From Squalus acanthias (lineage: Eukaryota), in contig CM059432.1 in NCBI GenBank assembly GCA_030390025.1, positions 39,124,001 through 39,188,000 on the forward strand: DNA of 64,000 nt, given 5' to 3'. The position numbers and the translations under genes were made by a program. Shown in pieces: positions 49,755 through 63,780 of this stretch; the first letter of the stretch is position 1; every line of letters starts with the position of its first letter. Under the pieces are notes generated by a model. It was not told the DNA's origin, ran no database searches, and worked only from the letters and a program-made list of their open reading frames with translations.

Positions 49755-52700
49755 AATAAAAAAAAGGAAGGTTGGGATGGGAATAGGACCATTAAGGGAT
49801 AGACAGAATAATACCACAGGTAACGATATAGATATGGCAGAAATATTAAATCATTATTTTGCTTCGGTATTTACCAGCAAGATAGAACAGGTGGACATGA
49901 CATTGGATGATGAGATTAGTAATGAGATAAGTGCATTTAAAATAAAAAAGGGGATATATTAAATACACTAATCAAACTCAAAGAGGATAAAACCCCTGGT
50001 CCGGATGGATTGCATCCACGCATTTTAAAAGAATCTAGGGAAGAGATAGCAGAGGCATTACTGCACATATTTAATCATTCATTAGAAAAAGGTGTGGTGC
50101 CAAAGGACTGGCGGATAGCTAACTTAATACCTATATTTAAGATGGGGGATGAACATGCCCAAGGAATTATAGACCAGTCAGCTTAACATCGGTGGTAGGA
50201 AAAATAATGGAATCCCTACTAAAGGAGAAAATAGAAGAACATCTAGAAACCAAAAACGTAGTAATGAATATTCAGCATGGATTTCAAAAGGGAAAGTCTT
50301 GCTTGACCAATCTCATTTAAATTTTTTGAAGAGGTAACAGAGAGAGTAGACCATGGTAATGCAGTAGATGTAATTTATCTAGATTTTCAAAAGGCCTTCG
50401 ATAAGGTAGCCTATAATAGTGATGAACAAGATCAGAGAATGCGGAGTCAGGGGACAAGTAGCAGAATGGATAGCTAGCTGGCTTCAAGACAGAAAGCAGA
50501 GAGTAGGGGTAAAATGTAATGATTCACAGTGGCAGAAGGTGGGTCGTGGTGTTCCACAAGGATCAGTGCTGGGATCGCTGTTGTTTACAATTAATATTAA
50601 CGATTTAGACTTTGGAATCAAAAACTATTTCTAAATTTGCGGAAGACACCAAATTGGGGGGAGGGGGGATAGTCAATACTGAGGAGGACTGCAACAAATT
50701 GCAGGAGGACATTAATAAATTTGCAGAATGGGCATATAATTGGCAAATGAAGTTCAACACAGATGAATGTGAGGTATTACATTTTAGTAGGAAGAATAGG
50801 GAGGTCACTTATTACTTGGAGGGTGCGAGTCTAGGTGGGGTAGAGGAACAAAGGGATCTCCGAGTACAAATACACAAATCACTAAAAGTTGCAACACAGA
50901 TTAGCAAGGCCATAAAAAAGCAAACCAAGCACTAGGGTTTATTTCTGGAGGTATAGAATTGAAAAGAAGGGAAGCTATGCTAAACCTGTATTGAACATAA
51001 GAACATAAGAAATAGGAGCAGGAGTAGGCCAATCGGCCCCTCGAGCCTGCTCCGCCATTCAATAAGATCATGGCTGATCTGATCCTAACCTCCAATCTAC
51101 TATCTATCATAGAACCATCTCCTGCATCTAACAGAATTGCACACACGAAATAGGAGCAGAATCCGGCTACACGGTCCCTGGGCCCGCTCCACTACCCACA
51201 GGGCCATGACCGATCCGAACCTAGACTCATGTCCAAATTCCTGCCCGCTCCCCGTAACCCTTAATGCCCTTTACTTCTAGGAAACTGTCTATTTCTGTTT
51301 TAAATTTATTTAATGATGTCGCTTCTACAGCTTTTTGTGGCAGCATATTCCATGGACCTACCACCCTCTGAGTGAAGTAGTTCCTCCTCATCTCAGTTTT
51401 GAAAGAGCAGCCCCTTATTCTAAATCTATGTCCCCTAGTTCTAGTCTCACCCGTCATCGGGAACATCCTCCCCGCATCCACCCGATTCAACCCCTTCACA
51501 ATCTTATATGTTTCAATAAGATCGCCTCTCATTCTTCTGAACTCCAATGAGTAGAGTCCCAATCTACCCAACCTCTCCTCATATGACCACCCCCTCATCC
51601 CCGGGATTAACCGAGTGAACCTTTTTTGCACTGCCTCGAGAGCAAGGATGTCTTTCCTTAAGTAAGGACACCAAAACTGTATGCAGTATTCCAGGTGCGG
51701 TCTCACCAATACCTTGTACAACTGAAGCAATACCTCCCTATTTTTATATTCTATCCCCCTAGCAATGAAAGCCAACATTCCATTTGCCTTCTTAATCACT
51801 TGCTGCACCTGCATACTAACCTTTTGAGTTTCGTGCACTAGGACCCCCAGATCCCTTTGCACTTCAGTACTCTCCAGTTTCTTGCCATTAAGATAATAAA
51901 TTGCTCTAGGATTTTTCCTGCCAAAGTGCATCACCTCACACTTTCCAGTGTTGTATTCCATCTGCCAAATCTCTGCCCACTTACTTAGCCTGTCTATGTC
52001 CCCTTGCAGGTTTTTTATGTCCTCCTCACTCACTACTTTCCCTCCCATCTTTGTATCATCTGCAAATTTTGATATGTTACACTTGGTCCCTTCCTCCAAA
52101 TCGTTAATATAGATTGTAAAGAGTTGGGGACCCAGCACTGACCCCTGTGGAACACCACTAGTTACTGATTGCCAGTCTGAGAATGAACCATTTATCCCAA
52201 CTCTTTGCTTTCTGTTAGATAGCCAATCCTCTATCCATGCCAGAATATTACCCCCAATCCCGTGATTTTTTGGTTAGACCACACTTAGAGTACTGCGTAC
52301 AATTGTGGTCGCCATATTATATTATAAAAAGGATATAGAGGAGAGGGTGCGGAGAAGATTTACAAGGATGATACCAGAAATTGCGAGGGTATACATATCA
52401 GGAAAGGATGAACAGGCTGGGTCTCTTTTTTCTCTTGAAAAAGGGCTGAGGGGTTACCTAATAGAGGTCTTTAAAATTATGAAAGGGTTTGATAGAGTGG
52501 ATAGAGAGAGTGTTTCCACTTGTGGGGAAGAGCATAACTAGAGGCCATCAATATAAGATAGTCACCAAAAAATCCAATAGGGAATTCAGAAGAAACTTCT
52601 TTACCCAAAGAGTGGTGAGAATGTGGAACTCGCTACCACAGGGAGTGGTTGAAGCGAAAAGTATAGATGCATTTAAGGGGAGGCTAGACAAGCATATGAG

Positions 52701-52840
52701 GGGGAAGGGAATAGACGGTTATGCTGATAGATTTAGATGAGGAAAGACGGGAGGAGGCTTGAGTGGAGCATAAACGCCGGCATGGACTAGTTGGGCCGAA
52801 TGACCTGTTTTTGTGACGTATAGCCTATGTAATCCTATGT
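49755..52840 (+). mobile_element. Degenerate CR1 interrupted at ~50993-52270 by antisense CR1 pieces
   Basis: RT motifs resume (LVRPHLEYC) at ~52271. Confidence 0.85.
50993..52270 (-). mobile_element. Two antisense CR1 pieces (3' UTR stub 50993-51095; RT 3' half 51146-52270)
   Basis: 303-aa open RT segment; two different 3' UTRs. Confidence 0.88.
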
Positions 52841-52982
52841 AAGGCGGCTCACCACTACCTACTCAAGGGTAATTAGGGATGGGCAATAAATGCTGGCCTT
52901 GCCAGCGACGCCCACATCCCAGGAATGAATTAAAAAAAACACACTACCTGAATGGCCTCCTTCTGTGCCATTATGACTCTAT

Positions 52983-53872
52983 GGGGGAGAAATTCAGTAT
53001 CGCCCCATTTGGGGCGCAATTATCGGCCGGGCGCAAAGATTAGCGCCTGGCGCTAATTATTGCCTCCGACTGCAAAATTGGCTTTTATCGCCCCTGGAGG
53101 TGATTGGAGCGCTAAATCAGGCGCTTCACATCTGTCTTAAGGTGCAAAGGCCGAGGAGCAAGGCGCTACCTCAGAGCGCTGGCGAAGCTCATGTGATGTC
53201 AGTCAGCAATGGAACACACACACAATGGCGCCGGCCAGTTCTTAAAGGGGAGGGTTGATCTTGCTCTCCATCCACATCCTACTCATTGCAGCCTTGAATC
53301 TCGGCCTGGAGAGACCTGTGCATCAAATCTGCTGGAAATAACAATGGAGAGGCCCAGGGAAAGAGCTCAGAGTGCAGCACCCACAGTCTCTTCTAAATCG
53401 ATACAAGGAAGGGCAAATCAAAATGAACCTGCAAAGTGCTGCTCAGTACCCAAAACTCCTTCACACAGCGTTGAATCTCTCCAGAAGTCTCTCTCTCTCT
53501 CTGAATGCGTGGTGCAAAAATGTCACCAACAAAAAAAGGCAGGAAGCAGTCGCCTTTAAATAGCGCTCCCCCAGTCCCTTCCTGACAGCAAAACGCTCCC
53601 CTCAACCTGTCGTTGCTAGCGGCAGGCGGTAAGGCAGGGGGCGCCACTCAATATCCGGTCCGGGGCGCTACCGGGCCATTGCGCACTCGACTGACGTCAC
53701 GATCTGCCGGCGCAGGAGATCGTGGCGGTAGTGCTTAGCGCCGCCGCAAAATGTCTAGTTAATTTTGTGAGCGGCGCAAACATCGCCGCGCACAGGCGCT
53801 AGTTGCTTTGCGCCCCATTAGCGCCCTCTTAAGGCGCTAACGGGAGGCGCAAACCAACTGAATTTTCCCCCC
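52983..53872. mobile_element. Harbinger-type MITE
   Basis: TIRs GGGGGAGAAATTCAGT...ACTGAATTTTCCCCCC; 3-bp TSD TAT. Confidence 0.85.
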
Positions 53873-55041
53873 TATGACTCTATAAGGTTTTTTGGAAAAG
53901 GTGAATTGAATTAATATATTTTTGAGTCTTTTAACCTTCTATAATCAAGGAAGGTTTAGATTATTCCTCCTAAAGTAATTTCTCTGCAGAGCTAATTAAA
54001 GCTTTTTGTGGTTTATAATTATGACTGGGACAATTGTCCAGCTATTCGACTGCAGTCAGGCATTTAAATGGAATGAACATCGGGTACTGGAAGCCCACAA
54101 TTTCCCAGCCAGCGTTCTGTGAGTGTCAAGGGTATCTGACTGTGAACCAGCCCATTCAAGTATCTTTGAATAATAAGAAATCACATTGCTATATACTGGA
54201 GGAACCTACAAGAGATGTTTGTTCTTTTTGTGAAAAGCTCTGATAGAAAACTCCAGCATTATTGTCAGAATGATCAATGTCTTTGCTGACAGAAAACAGT
54301 ACAGGGTAGACTTTACAGATTTGTTCTTCCAAAAAAGAGCTTTGCGCCCCATATAGTTCACTTTAATGAATGGGACATCATGCAGTGTACGGTGACTTCC
54401 ACGCCCAAAATCTTGATCGGTGTTCCTGTCACCCAAAGCCCCAGTGCCGGAAGTATAAAGTCGTAGAATCTACCCTCACGTTACTGTGGAACATAATCTT
54501 TAAAATATGTCATACTTATTGATGAATGAATATATAACAGATCATTTTTATTATCATACCTACTCACAATGTTTGTTTATTATTATACTATTCTAAACCC
54601 AACCATCTTCGGTTCATTTCTATACCAACATTCCAGAGCCTGAGTAATCTCATTTTTTCCCTAGGTTAGCGTAGCTTAGCTAGTCACTACTAACTGTAAT
54701 TAGTATGATTAAAAGCCTCCATAATGATCATGCACAGCTGTGTGGATTTACCTCCAACAAGAATATGTTTTCTTTGGGGCGATAAATCCACTCTTGGCAG
54801 TTCGCTTTTTCCAGAAGGTCTTAACACCTTTCAGTAAGTATTACCACCAAATGTGTTAATAACCAATTAAACCAACCATTATGGTGCAGGATGTCTTAAA
54901 TTCCCCCCACCCCTCAAGTTACTAAACCACCCTTGAACACTGCTGTTATTTATGCCTATTTTAGGCCATTATAAAGGTGCCTACTGACAAGTTGCTCATT
55001 TAGCAGGAGTTGCTAGAGCTGTCAACATTGAGCAAATAATA

Positions 55042-55280
55042 CAATAGCAAAATACTGCGGATGCTGGAAAATTGAAACAACAACAGAAGACGCTGGAAAA
55101 ACTCAGCAGGCCAGGCAACATCCGTGGAGAGAGAAACAGAGTTAACGTTTCAGGTCGAAACCCTTCGTCAGAACTGAGAAAAAAGCAGGAAATGAAACAG
55201 ATAAAAAAGCTGGGGGGAGGAATAATTCTCTCTCCACGGATGTTGCCTGGCCTGCTGAGTTTTTCCAGCGTTTTCTGTTG
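55042..55280 (-). mobile_element. Penelope-derived fold-back mini-element
   Basis: 55-bp inverted repeat (55081-55135 / 55226-55280); TSD AGCAAATAATA; hammerhead core. Confidence 0.8.
55140..55176 (-). ncRNA. Minimal type I hammerhead ribozyme motif
   Basis: AGUU-CUGACGA-AGG(GUUUCGA)CCU-GAAA-CG-UU-AACU: 4-bp stem I, 3-bp stem II, palindromic ACGU stem III. Confidence 0.75.
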
Positions 55281-57499
55281 AGCAAATAATAGTTGTAAGA
55301 TTTTCAGCTTCAGACCTGAGGCATTGTCTCACACTAAAGCACAAACGGGGTTTAAAGGAGGCAAGCCATTGCGTGGGTGTTAGGACATGCCTGTCTGTAC
55401 TTTAATCCAAGTTCACTGTCCTGCTACCACAGATGCAGCCATTCCAATCCCTTGATTTTCTTCAGTCTTCATTAGGATAACCAATTTACATCTCCTGGTA
55501 ATTACAGGAAGAAGCATGGCAGTGAGAGACCATTGCAGCTGGCACTTTGTGTATTCCTTTGTCTGAGTGCATGGAGCTCTACTTTACCCAGTTCCATTAT
55601 AATCTAAACAAGAAGTTTCCCTTTTGTTGCAAAAGATGACGGCTTCCTTTTTCATCTTTTTTTTCCCTTTCTTCTCTCCAGGTTATCTTTTCTCCTCTCT
55701 TCACAATACCTGGCTATGGGATTTGTGGTTCTCTCTTTGTTTCTTTAGCTGGACACTAATGGAAGCAAATTATGCTATGCAGGTGGTGTTATCCCAACAT
55801 CCATAGCACAAGTGTTAAAACCTTATTAAAACCAATAGGCCCTCTAGTTCTAATGAAGGCTCTTCATTTGTGCTATGGATTCTGGGATAGCCCTACCCCC
55901 ATAGTGTTTTCTTGATTTCATTTGCTATCCAAAAAATTAAAAATCATTAGGAACTACAATCTATCCTGTGAGATACCCAATGCAAGTAGGAGTGTTGAAA
56001 GGTTTGGAAGACACATGCTGTTCCTGGATCAAAGAAAATATTTCCTTCTAATTGAAAATGCAAAACAATCTAAAGCCTTGAAGCTATACTATGTGAATAA
56101 TAATACACAAATTCTTAACATTTGTGTATAAACAAATGTTGTTCCCTATTTTAGTGATGGTATTAATCTGTTTATTCTTAAATGTTGTACGTAAGGTAAC
56201 ATCATTTCACTGTCTTGTCTCTTACGTTGCACGAAATCAGTAGTTGTTATGTGGTGCCACAAATCGATTGACACATTATTCAGGCTAAAGGCAGGCTGTA
56301 ATTTTGTGCACATGGAAAGCACAGGAGGCACCCAAAGAGAAGGGTGTCATACCTCACCAAACACGCATGTGATGGAGCTTTACAGAAAACAAAGACTGTG
56401 GACCAAGAACCACCTCAGAGTATAGCATTGTCAGCAACTAATTTATTTGAAATATCAGGGCCAGTTTTCATCCCCACCACCAGGTGGGAACATGACAGTG
56501 GGTGAGTAAAATAGCAGCATACCACGTATTGTCCCATTCCCACCGATGTCTGGGTCTATGCTATTTTGGTTGGGGCTTTCAACTGGATGACGCAGGCACC
56601 CACTGAAAATAGGCAGGAGCCTCATTAGCCCATGCAAATCGGGGATCTATGATGTCAATGGGACCCCGATGCAACTTTAAAGCCCCCCCAATGGGCAGAG
56701 CTTGCACCATGAAAGCTCCAGCCATTGATATTTGGCGTTGAGCACCCTGAGTTCCTTAAAGGAACTGCTGCAGGCAGCTCAGAAAAAGTTTCAAAAAGTT
56801 TGTAAATGAGTGGGGTCAGGATGAATATTAATGCTCCCCTCAAAATCAACCTCCCTGATGCCCAAACCTCCACTTCCCTCCCCCAGGATCGCTTCCCCAT
56901 CTTTTTAATGTATCTTGACTAAATGGGCTCCACAGTTAGGTTGTTTGATTTTCGAACCCTCTGATCGGCAAGCTGCTTCAAATACTAATGCGGCCTGATC
57001 GTGAACATTGTTTGGGCCTCAGACCATTTCCAAAGGGATGGTGGCGGGCTCACTTTCTGCACTTTCCGTCAAATGAAAATGGTCACACGAAAATCTACCT
57101 CATTGTTCTAATGACAAAGGCAGGATTTTATTTATGCAAATTACAATGAAATGAATTAAATAGAACTAGATATTGGGGGATAGCTAATTCTGTATTAACT
57201 AGAATGTTGTACTATTTTGTGATCTTATATATGATTAATTATATTTATGCAAATAAAAATGGTGACTTCTTCAAACGATCCATTGATAATTTGGCCGACC
57301 ATATTATAAGACAGTCACAGTATAATGCATATATATAACTTTTTATATAGAAATGTTTATATTTTATCACACTTCATATATCACACTTCAAAGTGTCCTA
57401 TTTTGTTATAAAACAATCTCGAAAGAAAGCCAGTAATTTCCTGTCATTTTTCTGACAGTGGAAGACCAGGATTTCCAAACATTTGTCAATAACTTTCCA

Positions 57500-60400
57500 A
57501 TTAAAAAAAAAAAAATTTGTTTATGGAATGTGGGCGTCACTGGCAAGGCCAGCATTTATTGCCCATCCCTTGAAACGGTAGTGCTGAGCCGCCGCCTTCA
57601 ACCGCTGCAGTCCGTGTGGTGAAGGTACTCCCACAGTGCTGTTAGGTAGGGAGTTCCAGGATTTTGACCCAGCGACGATGAAGGATTGGTGATATACTTC
57701 TAATTCAGGATGGTGTGTGACTTGGAGGGGAACTTGGAGGTGGTGGTGTTCCCATGCGCCTGCTGCCCTTGTCCTTCTAGGTGGAAGAGGTCACGGGTTT
57801 GGGAGGTGCTGCCGAAGAAGCCTTGGCGAGTTGCTGCAGTGTATCTTGTAGATGGTACACACTGCAGCCACGGTACACCGGTGGTGGAGGGAGTGAATGC
57901 TTAAGGTGGTGGATGGTTTACCAATCAAGTGGGCTGCTTTGTTCTGAATGGTGTCGAGCTTCTTGAGTGTTGTTGGAGCTGCACTCATCCAGGCAAGTGG
58001 AGAGTATTCCATCACATTCCTTACTTGTGCCTTGTAAATGGTGGAAAGGCTTTGGGGAGTCAGGAGGTGAGACACTCACTGCAGAATACCTAGCCTCTGA
58101 CCTGCTCTTGTTGTCACAATATTTATGTTAAGTTTCTGGTCAATGTTGACCCTCAGGATGTTGATGGTGGGGGATTCGGCGATGGTAATACCGTTGAATG
58201 TCAAGGGGCGGTGGTTAGACTCTTGTTGGAGATAGTCATTGCCTGGCACTTCTGTGGCGCGAATGTTACCTGCCACTTATCAGCCCAAGCTTGAACGTCG
58301 TCCAGATCTTGTTGCATGCGGGCATGGACTGCTTCATTTACTGAAGAGTTGTGAATGGCGCTGAACACTGTGCAGTCATCAGCGAACATCCCCATTTCTG
58401 ACCTTATGTTGGAGGGAAGTTCATTGATGAAGCTGCTGAAGATGGTTGGGCCTAGGACACTGCCCTGAGGAATACCTGCAGCGATGTCCTGGAGCTGTGA
58501 TGATTGATCTTCAACCACCACAACCATCTTCCTTTGTGCTAGGTGTGACTCCAGCCAGTGGAGAGTTTTCCCCCCCGATTCCCATTGACTTCAGTTTTAC
58601 TAGGGCTCCTTGATGCCACACTCCGTCAAATGCTGCCTTGATGTCTAGGGCAGTCACTCTCACCTCACCTCTGGAAATCAGCTCCTTTGTCCTTGTTTGG
58701 ACCAAGGCTGTAATGAGGTCAGGAGCCAAGTGGCCTTGGCGGAACCCAAACTAGGCATCCGTGAGCAGGTGTCGCTTGATAGCACTGTTGATGACACCTT
58801 CCATCACTTTGCTGATGATTGAGAGTAGACTGATGGGGTCGTAATTGGCCAGATTTTCACATTGTCGGATAGATGCCATTGTTGTAACTGTTCTGGAACA
58901 GCTTGGCTAGAGGCGCGGCTAGTTCTGGAGCACAAGTCTTCAGCACGATAGCCGGGATGTTGTCGGGGCCCACAGCCCTTGCTGTATCCGGTGCGCTCAG
59001 CCATTTCTTGATATCACATGGAGTGAATCGAATTGGTTGTAGACTGACTTCTGTGATGGTGGGGACCTCAGGAGGAGGCCGATATGGATCATCCACTTGG
59101 CACTTCTGGCTGATAATGGTTGCAAACGCTTCAGCCTTATCTTTTGCACTCACATGCTGGGCTCCACCATCATTGAGGATGGGGATATTGAGGGAGCCTC
59201 CTCCTCCTGTCAGTTGTTTAATGGCCCACCACCATTCATGACTGGATGTGGCAGGACTGCAGAGCTTGGATCTGATCCATTGATTGTGGGATCGCTTAGC
59301 CCTGTCTATAGCATGCTGCTTCCGCATTTTAGCATGCATCTAGTCCTGTGTTGCAGCTTCCCCAGGTTGGCACCTAATTTTTAGGTACGCCTGGTGCTGC
59401 TCCTGGCATGCTCTTCTACACTCCTTATTGAACCAGGGTTTGCCCCCTGGCTTGATGGTAATGCTAGAGTGAGGGATACGCCAGGCCATGAGGTTACAGA
59501 TTGTGGTGGAATACAATTCTGCTGCTGCTGATGGCCCACAGTGCCTCATGGATGTCCAGTTTTGAGCTGTTAGATCTGTTCTGAGTCTATCCCATTTAGC
59601 ACGGTGGTAGTGCCACACAACACGATGGAGGGTGTCCTCAGTGTGAAGACAGGACTTCATCTCCACAATGACTGTGCGGTGGTCACCGCTACCAATGCTG
59701 TCATGTGCATCTGCGACAGGTAGATTGAGGAGGACGAGGTAAAGTAGGTTTTTCCCTCGTGTTGGTTCTCACCACCTGTCGCAGACCCAGACTGGCAGCT
59801 ATGTCCTTCAGGACTCGGCCAGTAGTGGTGCTACCGAGCCACTCCTGGTGATGGACAGTGAAGTCCCCCACCCACCATTCTGTGCCCTTGCTACTCTCAG
59901 TGCTTCTTCCAAGTGGTGTTCAACATGGAGCTGAGGGAGGGTGGTAAGTGGTAATCAGCAGGAGGTTTCCTTGCCCATGCTTGACCTGAAGCCATGAGAC
60001 TTCATGGGGTCCAGAGACAATGTTGAGGACTCCCAGGGCCACTCCTTCCTGACTGTATACCACTGTGCCGATGGGACAGGACATGCTCAGGGACAGTGAT
60101 GGAGGAGTTTGGGACATTGGCTGAAATGTATGATTCTGTGAGTATGACTGTGTCAGGCTGTTGTTTGACTTGTCTGTAGGACAGCTCTCCCAATTTTGGC
60201 ACAAGTCCCCAGATGTTAGTGAGGAGGACTTTGCAGGGTCGACTGGGCTGGGTGTGCCATGGCTATGTCCATAGCCGGTGCCAGGTGGTCCGTCCGGTTT
60301 CATTCTTATTATTGTGTTTTTTAGCAGTTTGTTACAACTGAATGGCTTGCTAGGCCATTTCAGAGGGCAGTTAAGAGTTGCTGTGGGTCTGGTGTAGGTA

Positions 60401-60630
60401 AGGACAGCAGATTTCCTTCCCAAAAGGACATTAGTGAACCAGATGGGTTTTTACAACAATCCGATAGTTTCATGGCTACCATTACTGATACTAGTTTTTA
60501 TTCCAGATTTATTTAATTGAATTTAAATTCCCCAGCTATCATGGTGGGATTTGAACTCACGCCTACTGGATCATTAGTCTAGGCCTACTGGATTACTAGC
60601 CCAGTGACATTACCACTATGCTACCGTTCC
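57500..60630 (-). mobile_element. Near full-length degenerate CR1/L2-group LINE with a tRNA-like 5' head, single EN-RT ORF
   Basis: EN (VILTES) from ~60230, RT (ALDIKAAFD, FADD); A box 60613-60623, B box 60547-60558. Confidence 0.88.
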
Positions 60631-63349
60631 ATAAGGATGGTTCTAGCAGGAACTACTGCTAATTGACCTAGTGGCTTATAGGGACATAACTCGACCTTAG
60701 CAACAGAATAATATATTGCCCACTTCATGGAGTAATGACCCATTCTTACATAACAGTGTATTCTCTGAGGTACCATGACGACCACCAGAATAAATTAATT
60801 TACTGGAGCTTCTTTGTTTTCCTTCATTTTCAGTTTGAAGAGTTGTGCATCATTTGCTATGTTGGCAACAGGAGTTTTTTTTGGTGCTAGATATTTATCA
60901 GCCTCATATGGTGGGAGATCGTCCCTTTTGCATTCTTGCACTGTTTTGGCAGTCCTTAGATATCTTGGCCTAGATTTCCATTGTAGTGGGCTTCCCACCA
61001 GAAGTGCATTAGAGCAGAACTTCCGTCTACTTGCATGTCCCCATTCTGACCTTGATGGAGCTCCCAAGGGTCAGGCTAATTTGAATGTTGTTATGCTTTC
61101 CTTGCCATTATTGCCAGCCAAAACAACTCTACCAGATGTGTTCACAAAACTCAACTGGCTAATTTCTGGTTGCTAAAAAGCTTAATTTGCATAATTTCAG
61201 TTTATATTCATTAGATTACTAAATGCATAAACTGGGTATGTTTCAAATGGTCAGAAAATGACATACAGCATGCACTAGAATTTCTGATATGTGTTCTCAT
61301 GGGCGAGGCTCTCCTTCTAGAGTCAGAAACTTCTTAGGATGTGATCCCAGTGGTTACATGTGAATCACACCTGCCTGTGCCCTCCAGCTCTGATCCTGCG
61401 GAGTTTGCAGGGTTGGTGGCAGGATACTTAGTGTGCATGGGGCGGGTGGGTGCAAATTCCATTACATATACATCTCTGGCGCCTGCCTGCCCCATGCAGC
61501 CAAAAAAGCTGGTGCTTGCTCTTCATGGGGGGTGGAGGGTTGCCGAGGCACCCCCCCCTTCCAACCATATCCACGTACCCCTCGACCTCCTTTGAAAGGG
61601 AACTGATCGAGAAAAAATTAGCAAAAATGATGATCCCTTCCTTCAGTGGTGCAGGCTGTGTCTCTGGCAAATGGTGGTTCCTCCCCTTACAAGATATATT
61701 GGAAACTGCAGGAAATGGCAGAGACAGGGCACAACTGTGCCTCACAGTTTTCCAAAGTTTCTACTGGCTTCCCACTAGATTTACAGAAATCAGGCTCTTA
61801 GGTCTAGTTGTCAGGTTCGTGAGGGATGATCACAAAGCGCAATATTGCGGGATGGGCCCTTATATATCTAACAAAGACACCAAGACTGACTAAGCAACTG
61901 TTCTGCAATCAGATTGATAATACTAAAGTATAAAGTAAAATGCTGCACAAATAGATAAGTTAAAATTAATTTTAGTGTTTGAGCTCATCTCTTTGTCATC
62001 ATTTACTCAGAGTCACACAGTTGTCCAGTAAACTGGGTATTATTATAAACAGACATCCTTCCTTTACACTTTGACAAATAAGGTGAATAATAAAACACAA
62101 CATTTGCTGTTCTTCTGTTGAAAACCATGGGAGCATGAGAGGGCAATAAATTTCACTGCTGCCCTGTGTTTACTGCCCTATTGTGCTCCCATTCTTTTAA
62201 TAGTCGGGGAAAAAAACTGTTGGCAGAATGCCTTTGTGACAAAATCACGCAAAGGAGAAACAGTTCACCTAAAACACACGAACAAAATTAAAATTTAACA
62301 GGTACATGTTGAAAAGCAGCATGTACAAAGAGATTTAGGAAAATGAGGCAGTATTATAACACATCATTAAATGGTATCAACTTTTCAGATCTCAAACATT
62401 TTTCAGAAAGGACTTCATTGTAGTTGGTCTTAAAGCCTAAAACCTATTCTTGGTCCAAAAAGTCAATGTTATATCATCTATTAGTGCAATTGGTTTCAGA
62501 AAACTGTATATATGCAAAACTCTCTCTATTTAATTATTCCCTCCATGTTGCATTTTTCACCCTACACACAGATCACTTGTATTACAAATTCAGTCACAGC
62601 TAATCTTGGATCATCAAGAAGAGGCTGGTCACACTTTGTTAGCAAGTACAAGAAGCAAGGCTCTTCAGTTATAGGCTAATCTAGGGTTATCTTTACTGCG
62701 TTTGTCTATAAATCTGATCTCTGTTGTGATACAGATGTTTGTTTTTCTATTGTATTTATGCCCCATTATTATTGAACATTAATTTAGCCTGCACCACATT
62801 AAATTAAATCACAAAGATATCTTGTGCCTTTCTTTGGGGTGAGAGAAGGGAACTCAAATGCACCAAATTTTTGTAATAGGGTTTTTTTGCAGTAAAACAC
62901 TACCAGAGACTGATGGATTTGGTTTTCATATTACTTCTGCACAAGGTTTTGATTTATGTTTGTATTTTGTAGCATGCATTTGTCTCGTTAGCCCTCAAGT
63001 GATCTGTGGAAGAGTCTAGCTCTATCTATTGCCTTGGTGATTCAGGAAGTTCTCCCCACTGACCCTTCACTATAATTCATTTTTTGGAGATCTTATGTGT
63101 AGATGCTGAACATTTTAAATTTCAACAGAAAAGGACTATCAACCCAAATGGTCATCTTCACATATGGTTGTCAGGTACTAAAGAATTGTTGAATTTTTAT
63201 GAAGTTCAAGATTTCTGAGATTTTCCATAATGGAATTACTGTAGATGTAATTTTCTGACTTCACGCTTCCGGCAGGGATATTCACCTAACATGAGCGCAC
63301 ATCAGAAATGATGGGGGTGCTGCACATAATTTTCCAAATAAACAGATAC

Positions 63350-63780
63350 AAGGGGCAGAATTTTCATTGACCCGTGGAGGCGGGTTTGGAGGCATGTGGG
63401 GTGGGAAAATAGCAGATTCGGGGGTCCCAAACCCATCCCGCCCCCAACCCGCCTCCATGCCAGTTTCACAGGAGGCGGGTACCTGACCTGTGCTGGGACC
63501 CGCCTCCCCGAGGCGGGAAGGGGATTAGTGCCAATAAACTGCCTGTTAACAGGTAGTTAACAGGCAGTTTTTTGCCTAATCCCTATTTTTGGCCCTGAAG
63601 TGTGGGCTTCCCGACAGGTCCGAACCACGCCGATTTAGCGAGGCGGACCGTCGGTCTGGAGGGGTCGAGATGTCCGGTGTGCAGGTGAGTGATGGGTGCA
63701 TGAGTGCAGAGGTAAGTGTGTTTGGTGTGTGTAAAGTGTTTTAAGAACTTGTACTTACCTTAACTTTGTCCTGCAGGCTA
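63350..63780. mobile_element. Probable Harbinger-type MITE (left part)
   Basis: GGGGCAGAATTTT start; GC-rich body with CCCGCC repeats like other copies. Confidence 0.5.

Noticed and set aside
60795..61067. Possible host terminal exon (KYLAPKK...LFKLKMKE)
   Set aside because: No clear splice acceptor or recognisable protein; may be decayed Gypsy gag but too weak to call
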